In this document: positions 63,093 through 64,000 of the stretch, in pieces
Layout of the letters: every line of letters starts with the position of its first letter
How positions within the stretch are numbered: position 1 is the first letter of the stretch
Assembly (NCBI RefSeq): GCF_963921235.1
Contig: NC_086097.1
Coordinates: forward strand, 174,718,001 to 174,782,000
Direction: 5' to 3'
From: Mobula hypostoma
Lineage: Eukaryota
DNA: 64,000 nt
The notes under the pieces: model-generated
Database searches by the model: none
What the model was told of the DNA's origin: nothing
Seen by the model: the letters and a program-made list of their open reading frames with translations, nothing else
Program-made: the position numbers and the translations under genes

Positions 63093-63970
63093 GAATCCCG
63101 GCGATGATCTTTACGTGCCTGAGTACTCGAGCTGTTCACTTAGGAGTGATTGAGTTCATGGATGCATTTAGCTGCACTAATGCACTGAGAAGACTCTTTG
63201 TCTGTGGTCCCTTTACAAGGCTATACTCTGACTGTGGTATGAATTTTGTTGGTACTTGCCATGAACCTGAGATCCAGAAAGTGATGGAAGACTCTAAGGT
63301 GCAGAGGTATATTAACACCCCAGGCTCCACTAGGGACTTTAATCCACCACACTCCTCACACATGGGCAGGGCATGGGAGCACATGATCGAGGTGTCGTGG
63401 AGAATCTTGGACTTTCTGCTGATGTACATATGATTTTCCAGCTTGAGTCCTGAGGTCTGTGCACTCTCATGGCAGAAGTAATGACTATTATCAACTGGGG
63501 GCCATTGGTTCCAGTCTCTGCAGATGCAGACTCACCTTTGATTCTCACTCCTGCAATGCCTCTCATACAGAAGCACAGTGCACCCATCCCCAAATAGAAA
63601 CTTTAAAGAAAGGGACCTCTATACACAGCACTGGCATTGAGTGCAGAATTTACTGATCAATTCTGGAGGCAATAGAAACAAGAACATCTGTAGACACTGC
63701 ATGTTCACCACAAATGGCAAGAGTCATGATCTAACGTTGAAGGTGATGTCATGCTTCTGAAAGACAGCAGTGGAACCCAAAATGACTGGCCCATGGCATT
63801 AGTAACATGCACCTTTCCAAGTGAAGATGGAAGAGTTTGCAAAGTAGACAAGGCAGAGGTCAAGCAAGAAGCTCTTCAGGCCTATGTCGGAGATTGTTCT
63901 CCCTCTGAAAAAGTAGGACTGAACTTTGTAACTTGTTCCATTAACTGTTTGTAGTATCTTTATAGATGTC

Positions 63971-64000
63971 AGGTGGGGAGTGTTCAAGCTTACTTGTTAA
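63971..64000 (+). other. Polypurine tract and start of the BEL 3' LTR
   Basis: AGGTGGGGAG immediately followed by TGTTCAAG, downstream of the integrase. Confidence 0.8.

Larger units (their letters stand above)
61747..63099 (-). mobile_element. I/Nimb-type non-LTR retrotransposon, 5'-truncated
   Basis: Perfect 12-bp TSD GGCGATGATCTT at 61735-61746 and 63100-63111. The 3' end reads gccaaccgccgtaaaacaagatac followed by an (AGAC)n tail. Confidence 0.88.
61340..63910 (+). pseudogene. BEL integrase remnant (61340-61746 and 63112-63910)
   Basis: PIILPGKH..YHDQ..QG..IHDCITFRKL, PPITYTGLYAFGP, RQWAMIF|TCLSTRAVHL..SDCGMNFVG..NPPHSSHMGRAWE, and WPMALVT..EDGRV. Confidence 0.88.
49453..64000 (+). mobile_element. 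BEL/Pao LTR retrotransposon, decayed, with multiple nested insertions. Extends beyond the window.
   Basis: The 5' LTR start TGTTCAGGTTTTTATTTGTTAA (49453) resembles TGTTCAAGCTTACTTGTTAA at 63981, which follows the polypurine tract AGGTGGGGAG. Gag, protease and integrase remnants lie between them. Confidence 0.85.

Noticed and set aside
1..64000. Host protein-coding gene, CRISPR array or prokaryotic system
   Set aside because: Every ORF with recognisable motifs is TE-derived. The rest are short antisense or low-complexity frames. There is no repeat-spacer array.

Overview
Eukaryotic DNA that is almost entirely transposable elements. The mix of CR1, Rex1/Babar, V-SINE-like, Penelope-derived, Tc1, hAT and BEL elements suggests a cartilaginous fish, probably a ray (inference). 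No host protein-coding exon, RNA gene, CRISPR array or prokaryotic gene could be supported, and I found no new protein-coding system. The interest is in element architecture. (1) A very young 5'-truncated L1 has about 1100 uninterrupted ORF2 codons and a perfect 14-bp TSD, and sits inside a Rex1 element. (2) One decayed BEL/Pao provirus spans 49453 to beyond 64000. It holds Rex > Tc1 > CR1 and Penelope nested in its 5' LTR, plus hAT, CR1-tail and I/Nimb-type RNase H LINE insertions in pol, several with readable TSDs. (3) A tRNA-CORE-RTE SINE and a related non-coding RTE element both occur in the window. (4) An unexplained 51-bp near-perfect inverted duplication abuts that SINE. (5) Two V-SINE copies share a 5' extension of about 180 bp. 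(6) Penelope-derived short repeats carry hammerhead-like cores. Long LINEs are strongly biased to the minus strand. Family names come from motif recognition, not database searches, and boundaries of old fragments are approximate.
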